Origin: Selaginella moellendorffii
Lineage: Eukaryota > Plantae > Lycopodiophyta
Assembly (NCBI RefSeq): GCF_000143415.4
Contig: NW_003314273.1
Span: forward strand, 1,766,052-1,830,051
Direction of reading: 5' to 3'
DNA length: 64,000 nucleotides
Below the pieces are notes generated by a model. That model did no database searches. It was not told the DNA's origin and saw nothing but the letters and a program-made list of their open reading frames with translations. The position numbers and the translations under genes were made by a program. Each line of letters starts with the position of its first letter. The stretch's first letter is position 1. Shown piece after piece: positions 26,556 through 39,400 of this stretch.

Positions 26556-27477
26556 ATGGAGAATGGCGCCCCACAGCTCAAGCGGGCGAGGAGGGAGGCT
26601 TGTGAGCGCTTCAGCAAGCTCCAGCAAGCCTTCTCCATGGCTGTGCACTGTCTGCTTACATCCTGCTCCCGCCAGGTGGAGCTAGCGCATAGGACTTTCT
26701 TGTTTTAACCCTGTCATTTGGGGCAGGAGTTTCTGGAGCATTTCGATTTCCTGGAGCCGGAAATGCAGGGCCACACCTACGAGCTCTACACGGAAGTAAG
26801 TAGAGGCTGCTCCCCATTTTCAACCATGTTTCTTACTCTGCCCGCTTCTCAAAGGTTGTGGCAGCTGTGCACAGAGCTTCGAAGGTATGTTTTAATTCCT
26901 TGAGCCCGGCGAGTGTTTACTCCTTTCCTTGCTTCTTCTTCTTTTTCAAGAGTGAGTTCGACACCATTTGCAAGGAGATGAAGGTAATCTAGTGCGTGCC
27001 TGCGGGTCTCTGATCAACTGTTTTGCGTTCCAGCTTAAATCTGTTCTTGCTGGCATTGACAAGAAAATTGCTCGTGCTGCCAAGAGGTACTCTACCGAGA
27101 GAGAGAGAGAGAAGAGAGAGGGTAATTGCTGTTTCCAGGACAAACGATGATCTAGGGGAGAAGAGATTTACACCTCCAAGTCTCATGGTTGTAAGTGGAG
27201 CGCTTGACGTGAAACAATCAGAAGTTGAAGAATTAAAGCGCCTTCTTATTGAGGTAGCATGGCCTTGTACCTGTGTGAGAATCAAAAGCACCGGCTCTCT
27301 TGCAGGAAGAAGAGCACAAGTCTCAGCTGTGTGCCCGCATCGACGGTATGCGGGCTGAAATCGAAGCCATGGAAGGCGATGGTCTGCATGTTCCCGGGAA
27401 TGTAAGTGATGCATAACATCCTGATTTCGAGTAATCTGTTTTGGATGCAGTTGAGGCTACCTCTCTTGAGATCGTGA
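26556..27477 (+). CDS. Kinetochore MIS12-complex subunit NNF1/PMF1-like protein
   Basis: RFSKLQQAFSMAVHCLLTSCSRQ-EFLEHF, SEFDTICKE, and a coiled-coil C-terminus. Resemblance to plant Nnf1 is from memory. Confidence 0.6.
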
Positions 27478-27584
27478 AGCCCTGAAGTGTATGTAGCGTA
27501 AAATCCTTCATTGCTCGTATTCTTTTTCATCTAGAAATACAAGTTTGTGTACTGGCTGAAATCAGGAACTTGTGCGTTCTCCAT

Positions 27585-29138
27585 TCAGGAGGGCGATGGC
27601 GATGCGTGGGCAGACATGTCAACCGGGTACCTGTGCAGGCAATCCAGCCAGGGGTTCCTGTACGGCTTGTCAAGGTTCCTGGTGGCCCTCCACACGACAC
27701 TGTTGCACTTGAATCCAGAGCCAAAAGCTATCTGCCACACTCGGTCGCCCCGCCTGATTCTCTCCTTGGCTTCGGAGTAGGCAAGCTCGTACCACAGCGA
27801 GCTGCTGGACGTGTTGCCAAACCTGTGGAGAGTCATCCTTGCAGGCTCCATATGCCAGCTTCCCAGCTGCAAGTTCTTCTGGATCTCGTCCAGGACGCCC
27901 CGACCTCCAGCGTGGATGCAAAAGTGCTCGAATGCCAGCTTGAAGTCCGGAATGTAAGGCTTGACGTGCTTCATGTGGAGGATCCTTCGAGCCACGAGAT
28001 GAGCCACGAAGATTGCCTGCTCCGAGATGGGAAGGACCAAGGGACCCAAGGTGCTGATGTTGGTCTTGAGAGCTTCGCCGGCAACAGCCATGAGGTTTTT
28101 GGACAGCGATACCCCTCGCAAGCCGAGCTCGTCTTCCCTCTGCTCCACGCATCCAAACGACTTGTCGTCGGCCCCCTTGTGCGTCCTCACCGAATGAACC
28201 AGCTCGTACTTTGCACGGTGGCGGTCCCTTGTCCGGTTTGTGAGCAGAATTGCAGCGCCACCGATGCGAAACAAGCAGTTGGTGACGAGCATGGAGCGGT
28301 CGTTTCCCACGTACCAGTTCTGGGTGATGTTCTCGGTGCTGACGATGAGCGCACACGAGTTGGGGTGAACTCGGAGCAGGTCCTTGGCGAGGTCGACGGA
28401 GATGAGGCCCGCACTGCATCCCATTCCGGCCAGGTTGAAGCTCTTGATGTTCCCGCGGAGCTTGTAGTGGTTGACGATCATAGCGGAGAGGGAGGGCGTT
28501 GGATTGAAGAGGCTGCAGTTGACGATGAGCATCCCAATGTCCTTGGGCTTGACGTGGGTCTTGTCCAGCACCTCGTCAATGGCTCCAAACATGACTTGCT
28601 CTGCCTCCCTTCTCGCCTGCCTCATACTCGGCTCGGTGCCAGGCTCGTCAAAAACAAATGCGGGCACGTACGTCTCGGGCCCCAGGCCCGAGCGCCACAC
28701 CACCTTCTTCTGGAACTCGAGGCTGGCGTCGTTGAACTTGCCAGACTTGGCAGCAAAGTCCTCAAGCACCTCCATGGAGCACTTGTACCTGTCGTCGGGC
28801 TTGTAGCAGGCGAAGTCCAGGAGGTAGACTCTCCGGGGGCGAGCCATGAAGTAGACGGTGGCCAGGAAGACGAAGGCAGCGGAGCAGAAGAGCACGTTGA
28901 TGAGGTTGAGGTGGAGGCTCTCCCACAGCAGCCATATGTGCTCTCGCCTCCCCACCCGTCCAATCTCGGCGGCGGCGGCCACCAAGAGCGGGAGCAAAGC
29001 CAGGTACATGAAATGCTTGAGCGCGTAGTGGTATCCCAGCTTGACATACTTGAGACTGACCGACTGCAAAAAGTCTGGGATCACCAAATGCTGCTGGATC
29101 CTGATTGCCACGCTCTTGCAACTATCATCGCCCGCCAT
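27585..29138 (-). CDS. KCS: 3-ketoacyl-CoA synthase (VLCFA elongase condensing enzyme), intronless
   Basis: [64 protein letters not shown]. Confidence 0.97.
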   Translation of the reverse strand: MAGDDSCKSVAIRIQQHLVIPDFLQSVSLKYVKLGYHYALKHFMYLALLPLLVAAAAEIGRVGRREHIWLLWESLHLNLINVLFCSAAFVFLATVYFMARPRRVYLLDFACYKPDDRYKCSMEVLEDFAAKSGKFNDASLEFQKKVVWRSGLGPETYVPAFVFDEPGTEPSMRQARREAEQVMFGAIDEVLDKTHVKPKDIGMLIVNCSLFNPTPSLSAMIVNHYKLRGNIKSFNLAGMGCSAGLISVDLAKDLLRVHPNSCALIVSTENITQNWYVGNDRSMLVTNCLFRIGGAAILLTNRTRDRHRAKYELVHSVRTHKGADDKSFGCVEQREDELGLRGVSLSKNLMAVAGEALKTNISTLGPLVLPISEQAIFVAHLVARRILHMKHVKPYIPDFKLAFEHFCIHAGGRGVLDEIQKNLQLGSWHMEPARMTLHRFGNTSSSSLWYELAYSEAKERIRRGDRVWQIAFGSGFKCNSVVWRATRNLDKPYRNPWLDCLHRYPVDMSAHASPSPS

Positions 29139-29716
29139 GCCTCGACTCTCGGGGAGCTGCTAAGAACTTAGCAGGGAGCGAAATAGGGTGCTACGAGCGG
29201 TGCACGGGAGGGAGCACGCCGCGCCGCTCAACCGCTGCTCTCAAGGGAGATCCGATTCTCTCCTCTATCACGCTTTAGGTGAAGCCGTCGTAGTCCTCCT
29301 TCCCGTGACGAGGCCGTGTTCGAGCGGATTCATATGCCTAGGGGCCTCGGCCAGTGGGGCGCGCCAGCCACTATATTTGTGCCCCTCCCGCCAAAACTCC
29401 TCCCGAGTCGCCTCCCACTTGCTCGTTTCGTTTTCTAGTTAATCACAACAATTATGGCAGCAATGACGCCCGGCTGCCACGTTGACTTGGAGAAAAGATC
29501 ACACCGCACGAGAGATTCCTGACACCCAGGTTTTATAGTGCATTGACCCCCACTGTTGACCAGGCCGCCCATGTCAACAAGTCGTCTGGCTTGCTTTGCG
29601 CAATGCCTCTCACTCACTCGACTCAGCAAAACGGCTGGCCTTTGTTTTTTACCTCCCTTTATAAAGCCCAGCCATCCATCGCATCGGTCATCAACACCGC
29701 CAGGCCCTTCGCCTGC

Positions 29717-31820
29717 CTACTCGCGCTTGGCCTCCTCCATGTCATTCAAAGCCTTCTCGGCCCTGTCCACTGCGTCTGGCAGCTGGCTCTCGGGCGGAAG
29801 CAGCCCCAGGAATGGCAGCGGAAGTAGCGACGACAGGTTGGTCACCAGTACTAACACGGCCAGATTGTCAAAATTGTGGCTTGACACGCCCAATAACTGT
29901 GTCAAGCCCGCACCCATGAGCCCCCCAAGCACCCCCGCGCCATTGCTGATAGACATGAGCGTTGCAAACAGCGTGGCTTCTACACCTGGCGGGCATAACT
30001 TGGCTGCCAGAACCAAGACTGGCATGAAAGAAACCTGTGGTACAACCAACACACAAAGAGTTAGCTCTTTCCCTCGGCTGGCACACATACAACTGTATGT
30101 ATTTATTATGCACCTGGCCAAGGACGGTGAGCACTAACGAGTCCCCCATGGAAAACCATTCATCGCTAATGCCCAAACTGCGATTCCAACCGTTGACAAG
30201 CATCAACTGCAGGCGTGCACGTCCGTCATCATCCGTGAATTGAAAACGCAAATCTAGATTTCTAGTTATCACCTGCGTGCAACCCAATCCAACTCCCAGT
30301 AGCGTGGTCCAAAAGAACATTCTCCTGAGCGGCACATGCTTCAGCAAGCTGTTGTATACGCCCACTCCAGCAAGAGAAGCCATCGCAGTTATGAGCCTCA
30401 CCCGCCCAAGGAACTCCGGTCCAAAACCCAGCTTGTTTGTTCTGCAAAACATGTTGGTTAAACTAGTCGAGCAACACAAGCAGCTTACGTGAAGTAGAAC
30501 ATGGCGGTGTCGGAAGATGGGGTGGCCTGCCACAGAAATATAAACAGCGTGGGGAGAAAGATTGTTGGCTCCCGAACAGTCCTCCACAAACGCAAGCTTT
30601 GCTTCTTCGCGGATTGGAAGACACCATCTGATCGAAAGTCCACTCTGAGATCATCAGCTGTACCGGACGCTTGGATATTCCAAGCGGGCTCTTCCTGTAC
30701 AAGCCCGGCAACGGCTGACGTGATAAGTGGAAGAAGAGATGTGACGCCGAAAACAAACCTGCCTCTTTGGGATCAGACTGGAACGTGAAGCATGTTTAAC
30801 CGTACCTCACACCATAAGTCTGAACAAAATAGCCACTGAAGTATGCACTGATAATGCCCCCAGCTGCCGAAGATCCCCAGCAGAGCGACTGAAGCGATCC
30901 AGACGTATCTTGCGATTCACCCCGTGCCCTCTCAACAACCATTGAGTCGACCACCTTGAAATTAGTATAGTTAGTTCTTCTCCTTACAACATCTGAGGCG
31001 CCACTTACAACATCTGAGAAAGCCACGGATAGAGAACTAAGGAAAATCATGGCCACGGCACCATACTTATCGGTTACAAGCGCGGACAACGATCCCCACG
31101 AAACCGCTCCAAGAAGTCCGCAAAGTACAAGATATGATCGTCGCCTGTAACCAAACAGAGGGAGCCCGTCGCTGGCACGAGGAAGCACTGAAAGAATTAG
31201 TACTGAAGCGAAGCTGGTGCGATGATGGATCCCGCAAACCTTATAAAGCCATAGAGAGGCTTGACGAGCCACGGGAAAGCAGAGAATCCAGATAGAATAG
31301 CTGTCTGATCAACGAGACGAGGTTAACGAAAAGGAAACGAGACTGGCGGACTAACCTCTGCTGGATCGAGATGAAGATCATCCTTTAGGAAGAAACTGAC
31401 AGCAAGCCTGGAAAGTCCGAGAATGCCTTGGACAAAGTAGACCATGGTTATGGCAACTATGTCTGGAGAGAATTCCACTCCTAGAATGTGCTGCGACGCC
31501 TTGGTCTTGACAAGAGAGCTCCAGCGCCTGATTTCGCTCCCTAAGGAGCTCATGGCTGGCGGCTGCTCGGGAATGGAAGCGTGGTTGCCTTCCTCCTCTG
31601 GGGACAAAGATTGGAGTGTAAACAAAGAAGCACACACACACGTACCACCGTTGACGTGTTGCATTTCGATGGTCCGATGCTTGTGATGATCTTGCTCCAT
31701 TCTCCTGGCTGCACATACGATGACCCGCTGTACTCTTGCCGGCCTAGCTCGCACTCTCCGCCATGGCCTCTCAACCCTAACCCTAGAGCAGTAGCTGGGC
31801 GTGGCTACCACGGCTGCCAT
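29717..31820 (-). CDS. FBT1: Folate-biopterin transporter (BT1 family), plastid-type
   Basis: Transit-like N-terminus. [56 protein letters not shown]. Confidence 0.92.
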
Positions 31821-31927
31821 AGCGCGCCAACACCTTGCGTTTTCGCGTTTTATGCGCCCAGGAATCGAGCCAGGGCTGTTCTTCCTTTTAAAAACACAAC
31901 CTAAATAACCGCCAACCGGGGAGGAGG

Positions 31928-32204
31928 ATGGAGCCAGAGGTGGCCAAGGCCGAGGGGCCGGACATGGGCAGCGCGGTGGACAAGGCCGAGCGGGCAGCGG
32001 AGGTGGCATCGGGCTCCAAGGGCATTGCGGAGGGGCTGGAGCGAGGCAAAGCGTCGGAGAAGTTGCTGGAAGAGGACAGCCGCTTCGCAAGGGTGGCTCG
32101 CAGCGAGATTGGATTGCACGGTGCTGGCTGCCAACGACAAGGCGCTCGAGGACAAACTGGTCAAAAACGATAGTTTTTCTGGAGCATCAAACACACGGGC
32201 TTGA
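31928..32204 (+). CDS. Putative ~75-aa hydrophilic microprotein, 2 exons
   Basis: ATG in good context, charged helical composition. A plausible ~49-nt GT-AG intron joins EEDSRFAR to [20 protein letters not shown]. Confidence 0.45.
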
Positions 32205-32259
32205 GCATCCATCAACTCGGGCCTTCGTGTACATGGACAACTTCTTTTCAGTAACATCT

Positions 32260-33093
32260 TCACTGAGGTCTGTCCACACCTTCTTGTGCGGTTCCGCCAT
32301 CGCCCTCACTCTCCGCAGCAGCAGCAGCGGCAGCAGCTTCCCTCTCGGCAAGCTTCCGGCGGGCCAACTTGATGCTACGGGGCACGTAGATCCTGGGCTT
32401 GCGGATGTTGCGTGGCGGCATGGTCCACGGAACCAGGGGCTTGTCATCAAACGGATGCCTCTCGTCCGCAAACACCCTCAGCTTGAGCATCCGCCTCTGC
32501 AGCCAAGCAACCAATCACACTCTGAGCTGGTGCAACAAAAGTCCTTACTCGGTGCAGCCTGTTGCGCGGCATCATCCGGAAGACGGCCTTGCGCAGCGGC
32601 AGCGTGGGATCCCTCTCGATCATGTGGTTGAGCTTTATCTGCTTGAGGTGCCCAATGTAGCTGCCACAAGGGAAGAAAAAAAGAAAAAAAGACTATACGG
32701 ATGCCAAGGCGGGCAGCAGCGTTACCCCGTGTGCCAGTAGTAGACCTTGTTCTTGAGCTTCCAGCCGCCGGTGTAGGTGATGTGCTTGGCATTGATCACC
32801 ACGCAGATATCTCCCTCGTCCTTGTTGGGGCTGTAGGTTGGCTTGTCCTTGCCCATGAGCACAATGGCCAGCTTGCTCGCCAGCCTCCCTAACACCTGCA
32901 AGCCCTGATCAAGCCATGCCAGCGTCGAGAGACGAGACCAAAACCTCTTTCTTGGCATCGATCAAGAGCCACCTCCGGCCTTCGGTCACCTGGGGAATCA
33001 GCCCCGCCCGCAGTTTCTGCCACAAGCCCACCGCATTGCTGCTCGCGTTTTCCAATCAGCGCTTACCCGCCAGGCCGCAGCGGCTGCAGCCAT
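32260..33093 (-). CDS. RPL13: Mitochondrial large-subunit ribosomal protein uL13
   Basis: [66 protein letters not shown]. Confidence 0.92.
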
Positions 33094-33119
33094 CCCCTCG
33101 CTAAAGCCCTAGCAAAACC

Positions 33120-33122
<3 letters not shown>
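33094..33122 (-). promoter_or_regulatory. Telo-box-like motifs (AAACCCTAG, AAGCCCTAG) directly upstream of rpL13
   Basis: Two copies within the 26-bp gap and the adjacent stop codon. Telo boxes are typical of plant ribosomal-protein genes. Confidence 0.6.
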
Positions 33123-34375
<1,253 letters not shown>

Positions 34376-34532
34376 CTAGTCCTCACTGAAATATCTAATC
34401 GAAGGTACGTCACAAAAGCCCACTCTGGCTGTTGTGGTGTTGCTCGTCTCTGTAACTGTGCAGCACAAAAGACCATTCAATAGTATGAGCAACTCTTTTC
34501 TGGCTAGAAACACAACAAACTCTCACTCTCTT

Positions 34533-36270
34533 CTACTTGAGCACAGTAACTTGAACTTTACACCTGCACGGGACTGCCTCGCAGATCCTGGTGGACACAA
34601 CCTCAAGCTCGATGGTGCGACCTGTCAATGCAAACTTTCTAGTGCTCGACTTCCTGGCTTTTACCAGCCTAGCTCGACGACTCCAGCCTCTTGACACTTT
34701 ACCTTCTCTCTTGCTAACAATCACCTTACCAGTGCCGCTCGCCTCGGCCCTTGCGAGCCTGAAAGTTCTCGAGCGCGACCCTGGCCGCCTTGAATCCTTG
34801 GCTGTAGCAGCCGTCGTCACCTGCTTTGTCACCAGCGCTGCGGAAACACTCGACGGCCTCGCCCTTGGATCGTCCTCTTTCTTCTGGCACTGCCTGAAAG
34901 CAGATGTCTTGGCAGCTCCGCCTTGTCCCTCGATCAACCACCTAAAAGCTAGGAAAATGTAACCTTGAACAAGATAGACAGATGGCTTACTTCTCCCACA
35001 GCTTCTTGCCCTGCTGGACGTGTCTGTCCATCTCGTCACAGCACTGCACAAAACAGCTCATGGAGTTATGAAGTTTCCTAAGCTAGAAAACGAACTTGTT
35101 GCCAGTGCTGCGTGCAAGGGGCGATCGTCAAATATCGCCAGCAGATGAAATTGTAAGACTCAACGTTGTGCTCCACCTGCACCGACGCGAAACAGATCGC
35201 AAGCCTTAGACGACGAGCAGAGTGTGTGTACCGGAAGGCCAATGCGTATCTTGAGCACAGTGTGCATGTGGTTCTCGTATGCTCGCTTGTAGTTCTCGAC
35301 AATGCTCGATATACTGTAAGCTAAAAGCCAGTGTTTGAGGGAGAGCGATATTGAGCATCCTTACTTGTCGTAGTCGAACTCCTTGTTCATGAGGTCCGTC
35401 CGCCGGCTTATCCCAAACGCGCCATACTTGTCCCCGTAGCGAACCAGTAAGACTATATGTTGGTGCACCTGTACTTCAGTATACATTCGACCATCAGTCT
35501 ATCGGATCCACGGAAGAGAGAAGCATTTTGTATGGCACCTTGTCGTCCTCTTGTGTCTTGAAACTCAAAGGGATGCGCTCAACATCCTGCATGCCTGCCT
35601 GCGCACGAGTAAGGAAAAGCTGTCTGAGTTGCATCTGGCACAAGAACCTTACTGTGAGATACAGCGCGAGAAAAACTGCTTCCACGCACTTGATCGGTTG
35701 CGGTGAATAGATCATCTGAGAAACATACACGCGAGAAGCATACCCATGAGAACGATGTAGTTGCTTACCATCTTCGCAGTGTCCATGATGCGTGACAGTG
35801 GTCTGAACTTGTGAGAGTTGAAGCTGGTTGTCGGTGTTTGCTTGTACTCAAACGAATTTATGTACTGCAATCCGAACATCAGGCATCCATCCGTATTCGT
35901 CCTCGCATTACAAAATTCAAACACTTACGTGCTGGATCGCTTTGAGACGCGCTGGAGCAGGAAACTTGAAGAAATTATTGGGGAGCTGAGGCCTCTTAGC
36001 TGCTGTTGCCGAAGGATGAGCGCCAACTCCAGCTGCAATCGCGGCTTCCATGCTGAGAGAAAAAAAAAGCCACTTTAGCTAGTCCGAAATACGGTATACT
36101 TGAGATGAGAGTTCGGCACCTGTCCATTACTCGAAACCTTTGGCAACTACAGTCTGCGGTGTCCCATCCCTGAAAGCAGGCACTTTGCTTGAGTCACTAT
36201 CATGAGGAGTAGCAACAACGAGGGCAAACGCATCGAAAACTCATCCACGACAGCATCTCTATAGAGCATA
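34533..36270 (-). CDS. VASH: Vasohibin-family tubulin tyrosine carboxypeptidase (multi-exon; termini approximate)
   Basis: PARLKAIQHYINSFEY, FRPLSRIMDTAK, PIKCVEAVFLALYLT, ERIPLSFKT, HIVLLVRYGDKYGAFGISRRTDLMNK, collinear with the VASH1 core. Confidence 0.88.
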
Positions 36271-36542
36271 CTCCAAACCACGGCCGCATTTCCAATGAAC
36301 TAGCCTCGACACAAATGGAGGACCCCTTCTTGCTTGCTTCCGTTATCTACGCCATAGCCCGGACTAGACCAGAGAGAGCGGGAGAGAGGAACCTCTTGGG
36401 CGCCGGCACTCCACAGGGAGGGGCGGGGACGAGGACAGCCGTGGGATAAGTGGCTGGGGCCACGTGTCACGCTTGCGCGTAACAGATGACGCTTGATGCT
36501 TGCTGACTCAACCAGATATAGATCCCCGGAGCATATTCCCAT

Positions 36543-37302
36543 TCAAACTTGAATGAGCCGCGAGCAAACGTCCCCGATGGAAACACCCGATTGCTTGTCG
36601 TCCCTCCGCTCTTCTCCGTGAATCGATGACGACCCCGCTGCGAAGGACTGGTGGGGATTGCAAATCACGAACGCGAGCTGGCCCTGCTCGTTGAAACCGG
36701 CGGAGCCAGATGCCCAGACCAGGCCATCCGTCTGGATCCTCAAGAACTTGTCCTCCTTCACCGTCACTCTCCCCTCTCCGAGCGCTGCACTGGACTTGGA
36801 GCCCATCTTGCTCCCCCTGGGATACCCCAGAATGTACACCTTAGAGCCCGCCTCCAGTGATTGCCTAGAGATCTTGGAGGCGTCGGACATGAGCGGCGAC
36901 ACGTCTGATGTCGTGATGGAGTCGCAAGCGACGAGTGTCAGGTCCAAGTCCCTGTTGGTCACGAAGAATCTGCACACAAAGATCATCATCTTCCCATTTA
37001 TGAATTCGAACGGCATCGCACCTCTGAGGCCACAACTTGAGCTCGAGCGACGCGGCTGGAGTACGGACGTTGACGGTTGCACCTTCCGCAGCCGCTGGAT
37101 CCGGAAACGTAGAACTGGTTGTCAAGATGACATCCTTGCTGATGATAATCCCAAACCCATCGCTGCTGTCGACGCTAACCACGGAACTCCCCCTAGCGAT
37201 CAAGCTCTTCTTGACTTCGTCTTCGTTGATCGGTGAGGGTGCCACGATCTCTCCGGCGGAAGCCGGCGGAACCACACAGCACAGCTTGTTCAGAGTGTCC
37301 AT
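36543..37302 (-). CDS. Trypsin-like peptidase-domain protein (short paralog, His site replaced), 2 exons
   Basis: GFGIIISKDVILTTSS, FFVTNRDLDLTLVAC, GSKVYILGYPRG, TDGLVWASGSAGFN. Confidence 0.75.
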
Positions 37303-37511
37303 CCGCAAGCACAACCGAATGGGAGGCACTCGGCTTCACGTGAACGCGAAGCCTAACCGTCACCGCTGCTGCGCTGGAGCCACCTGAATCGTCCCTCGGC
37401 GGCTGGCGGTTAGAGGTGGTGTGATATGGCACCTGATCCAAGAGTCGCACCATCATAGAAACAAAAAGAAAGACCAGACCAGGGACTCCAGCAAATGACA
37501 CACCGATCACG

Positions 37512-39273
37512 ATGCGCATGAAGCTGCTGCCCAAGGGGATCAAGATCTTCTCCAAGAAGCAAAGGCTAAAACTGCGTAACTTGTGTTGCTTCGCGCCATC
37601 CTCCTGCAAAAAGGACGAGGGCGGTCGAAACGAAGAGCAGAACCAAGGTGGAAAACAAGCTCCAGACAAATGCGACAAGCACGACAAGAAGCACACTAAG
37701 AAAGGCAAAGATGTTGTGCAGCTCGATACCTCTGTGAAGGGTGTGGTCGCAACAAAAAAGCCGTCCATTGTTCTGCTGAGCCACCTGAACAACGGGACCG
37801 AAGATGGCGAAGGAATTGGAATCATTATACGAAAGAATGTCATACTCACCAGCCATGGAACCATACCCAGCGTCAGCAGTGCCAAAGAAGGCGAGATGGC
37901 CCTCAGCTACCCCGCCATGGGTTGCTGTCCCACGCAAACCACCTTGAAACAAAAGCTCCTGCCAAGCAAGTAAGGAAGCAAAATCCAAAATCCAAAATCA
38001 CTCACCTCTGTGCTTGCTTTGCAGATTTTTTATCACCAATCCTGCACTTGACATTACGGCTATTGCCTGTGACGACGTCTCTCCAGTAGTTCCACTCAAC
38101 ATAGAACTCAGCCAAGGTAGAGGCCCAATAGGAGTCGATGCCAAGGTGTACATCCTGGGTGCATCTCAAGGGAGCAAGCCGTCGACTTCGAGGAACTTGA
38201 AAGTTGGCGAGGGGCGGGTAACCATGGAAGGAGACTCGATCGTCAAGTTCTCCACGGAGGGAGAAGCCTGGCTTTCTGGATCGGCCGGTTTCACCAGGCA
38301 AGGCCAGTTTGCGTTCATGGTGTGCCAGCCAAGAAGATTCAGCCGAGCTGCTTCGATGGAGAGCTCCACTTCTGCCGCATCGTCATCGTCACAACGAAGG
38401 AGCTCTGTGAAGCAGTCGAGTGTTGCCCTTCGCGAGATACTCCGCTGGTTGGAAGACGGTATGCCTTCTTCTAAATCTCCTATGGAACACCACCAGCAAC
38501 AGGCTCACCACGATCGAGATCGTCTGCACCAGCATCTCCAACACAATCCAAAGAGTCCGCCACCCCTAGAACACGACATCGAGGTGCGGCTCTCAACTTC
38601 CCCTTGTTACCACCACCTTGAAAGTCCTAGAAGCTGTGCAAGCGCCGGGCTCAACCCGCGTCAACCTGGTATATCATATCCTGCCACTCCCAGCACCAAG
38701 TCCAGCCCCCGATGCAGTCCTAGGCGGAGAAGTCCAAATCCCAGAAGGCCAGGAGTCTCGTATTCAATCTCGCCTTTAACATCTGCTCGAAGCCGGAGAT
38801 CGAGCCAGACATCCAGTAGAAGAGGATCACCCTGCTATAGAATGTCACCTCCATGCTGCCTATCGTCAGGAAAGCGTTCTCCAATCCCACTTTCAAGCTG
38901 CTGCCTGGGTCGATCATACGAGGACAGTGACTGTGATCAGCAACGGGAGATTGACGACAAGTTCCAAGACTTTCTCGACAGCCCAGAGTTTGAGCCACCA
39001 CCTTGTCCGTTATCTGGATCGTCTTCGGAAGAAGACGCATGTAGTGCTGTGGTTTACTCGTCACCAAGAGGAAGACCCATGGCGGCAACCAAAAAACAAA
39101 TCTTTAAGGGACCAGTTCACAGGCCACTCAAAGTCAGAATGAGTACTGATGAATGCGGAGCCTCAGACGGTGAAGTGTACATGGGTGTAGGCTACATGAA
39201 ACATACACACGTTTCCAGGTGCAAGGCAAATCAGAAAGTCGGCCTACCTGGTTACACCGTATGGCACCACTAG
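37512..39273 (+). CDS. Trypsin-like peptidase-domain protein with long Ser/Pro/Arg-rich tail, 2 exons
   Basis: GIGIIIRKNVILTSH, FFITNPALDITAIAC, AKVYILG, TEGEAWLSGSAGF. Intron at the same position as in the neighbouring paralog. Confidence 0.8.
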
Positions 39274-39400
39274 AAAAGCTCGAGGTAGAACAAGGAAGAG
39301 AGAAACATTAATCAACACAAAATAAGCATGTACAGAAATAAATCTATCGTCACTCGACCGATACGTACAAGCAAACTTAGCTTCTCAGAATCTGTAGACA

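Noticed and set aside
27570-29171. 533-aa plus-strand ORF antisense to KCS
   Set aside because: Shadow ORF from GC-rich codon usage of the intronless KCS; no recognisable motifs.
31928-32204. Microprotein as the SVBP partner of the nearby vasohibin
   Set aside because: Similar size and charge only; it lacks the conserved SVBP RAEIYALN-type core, and proximity is uninformative in such a dense genome.
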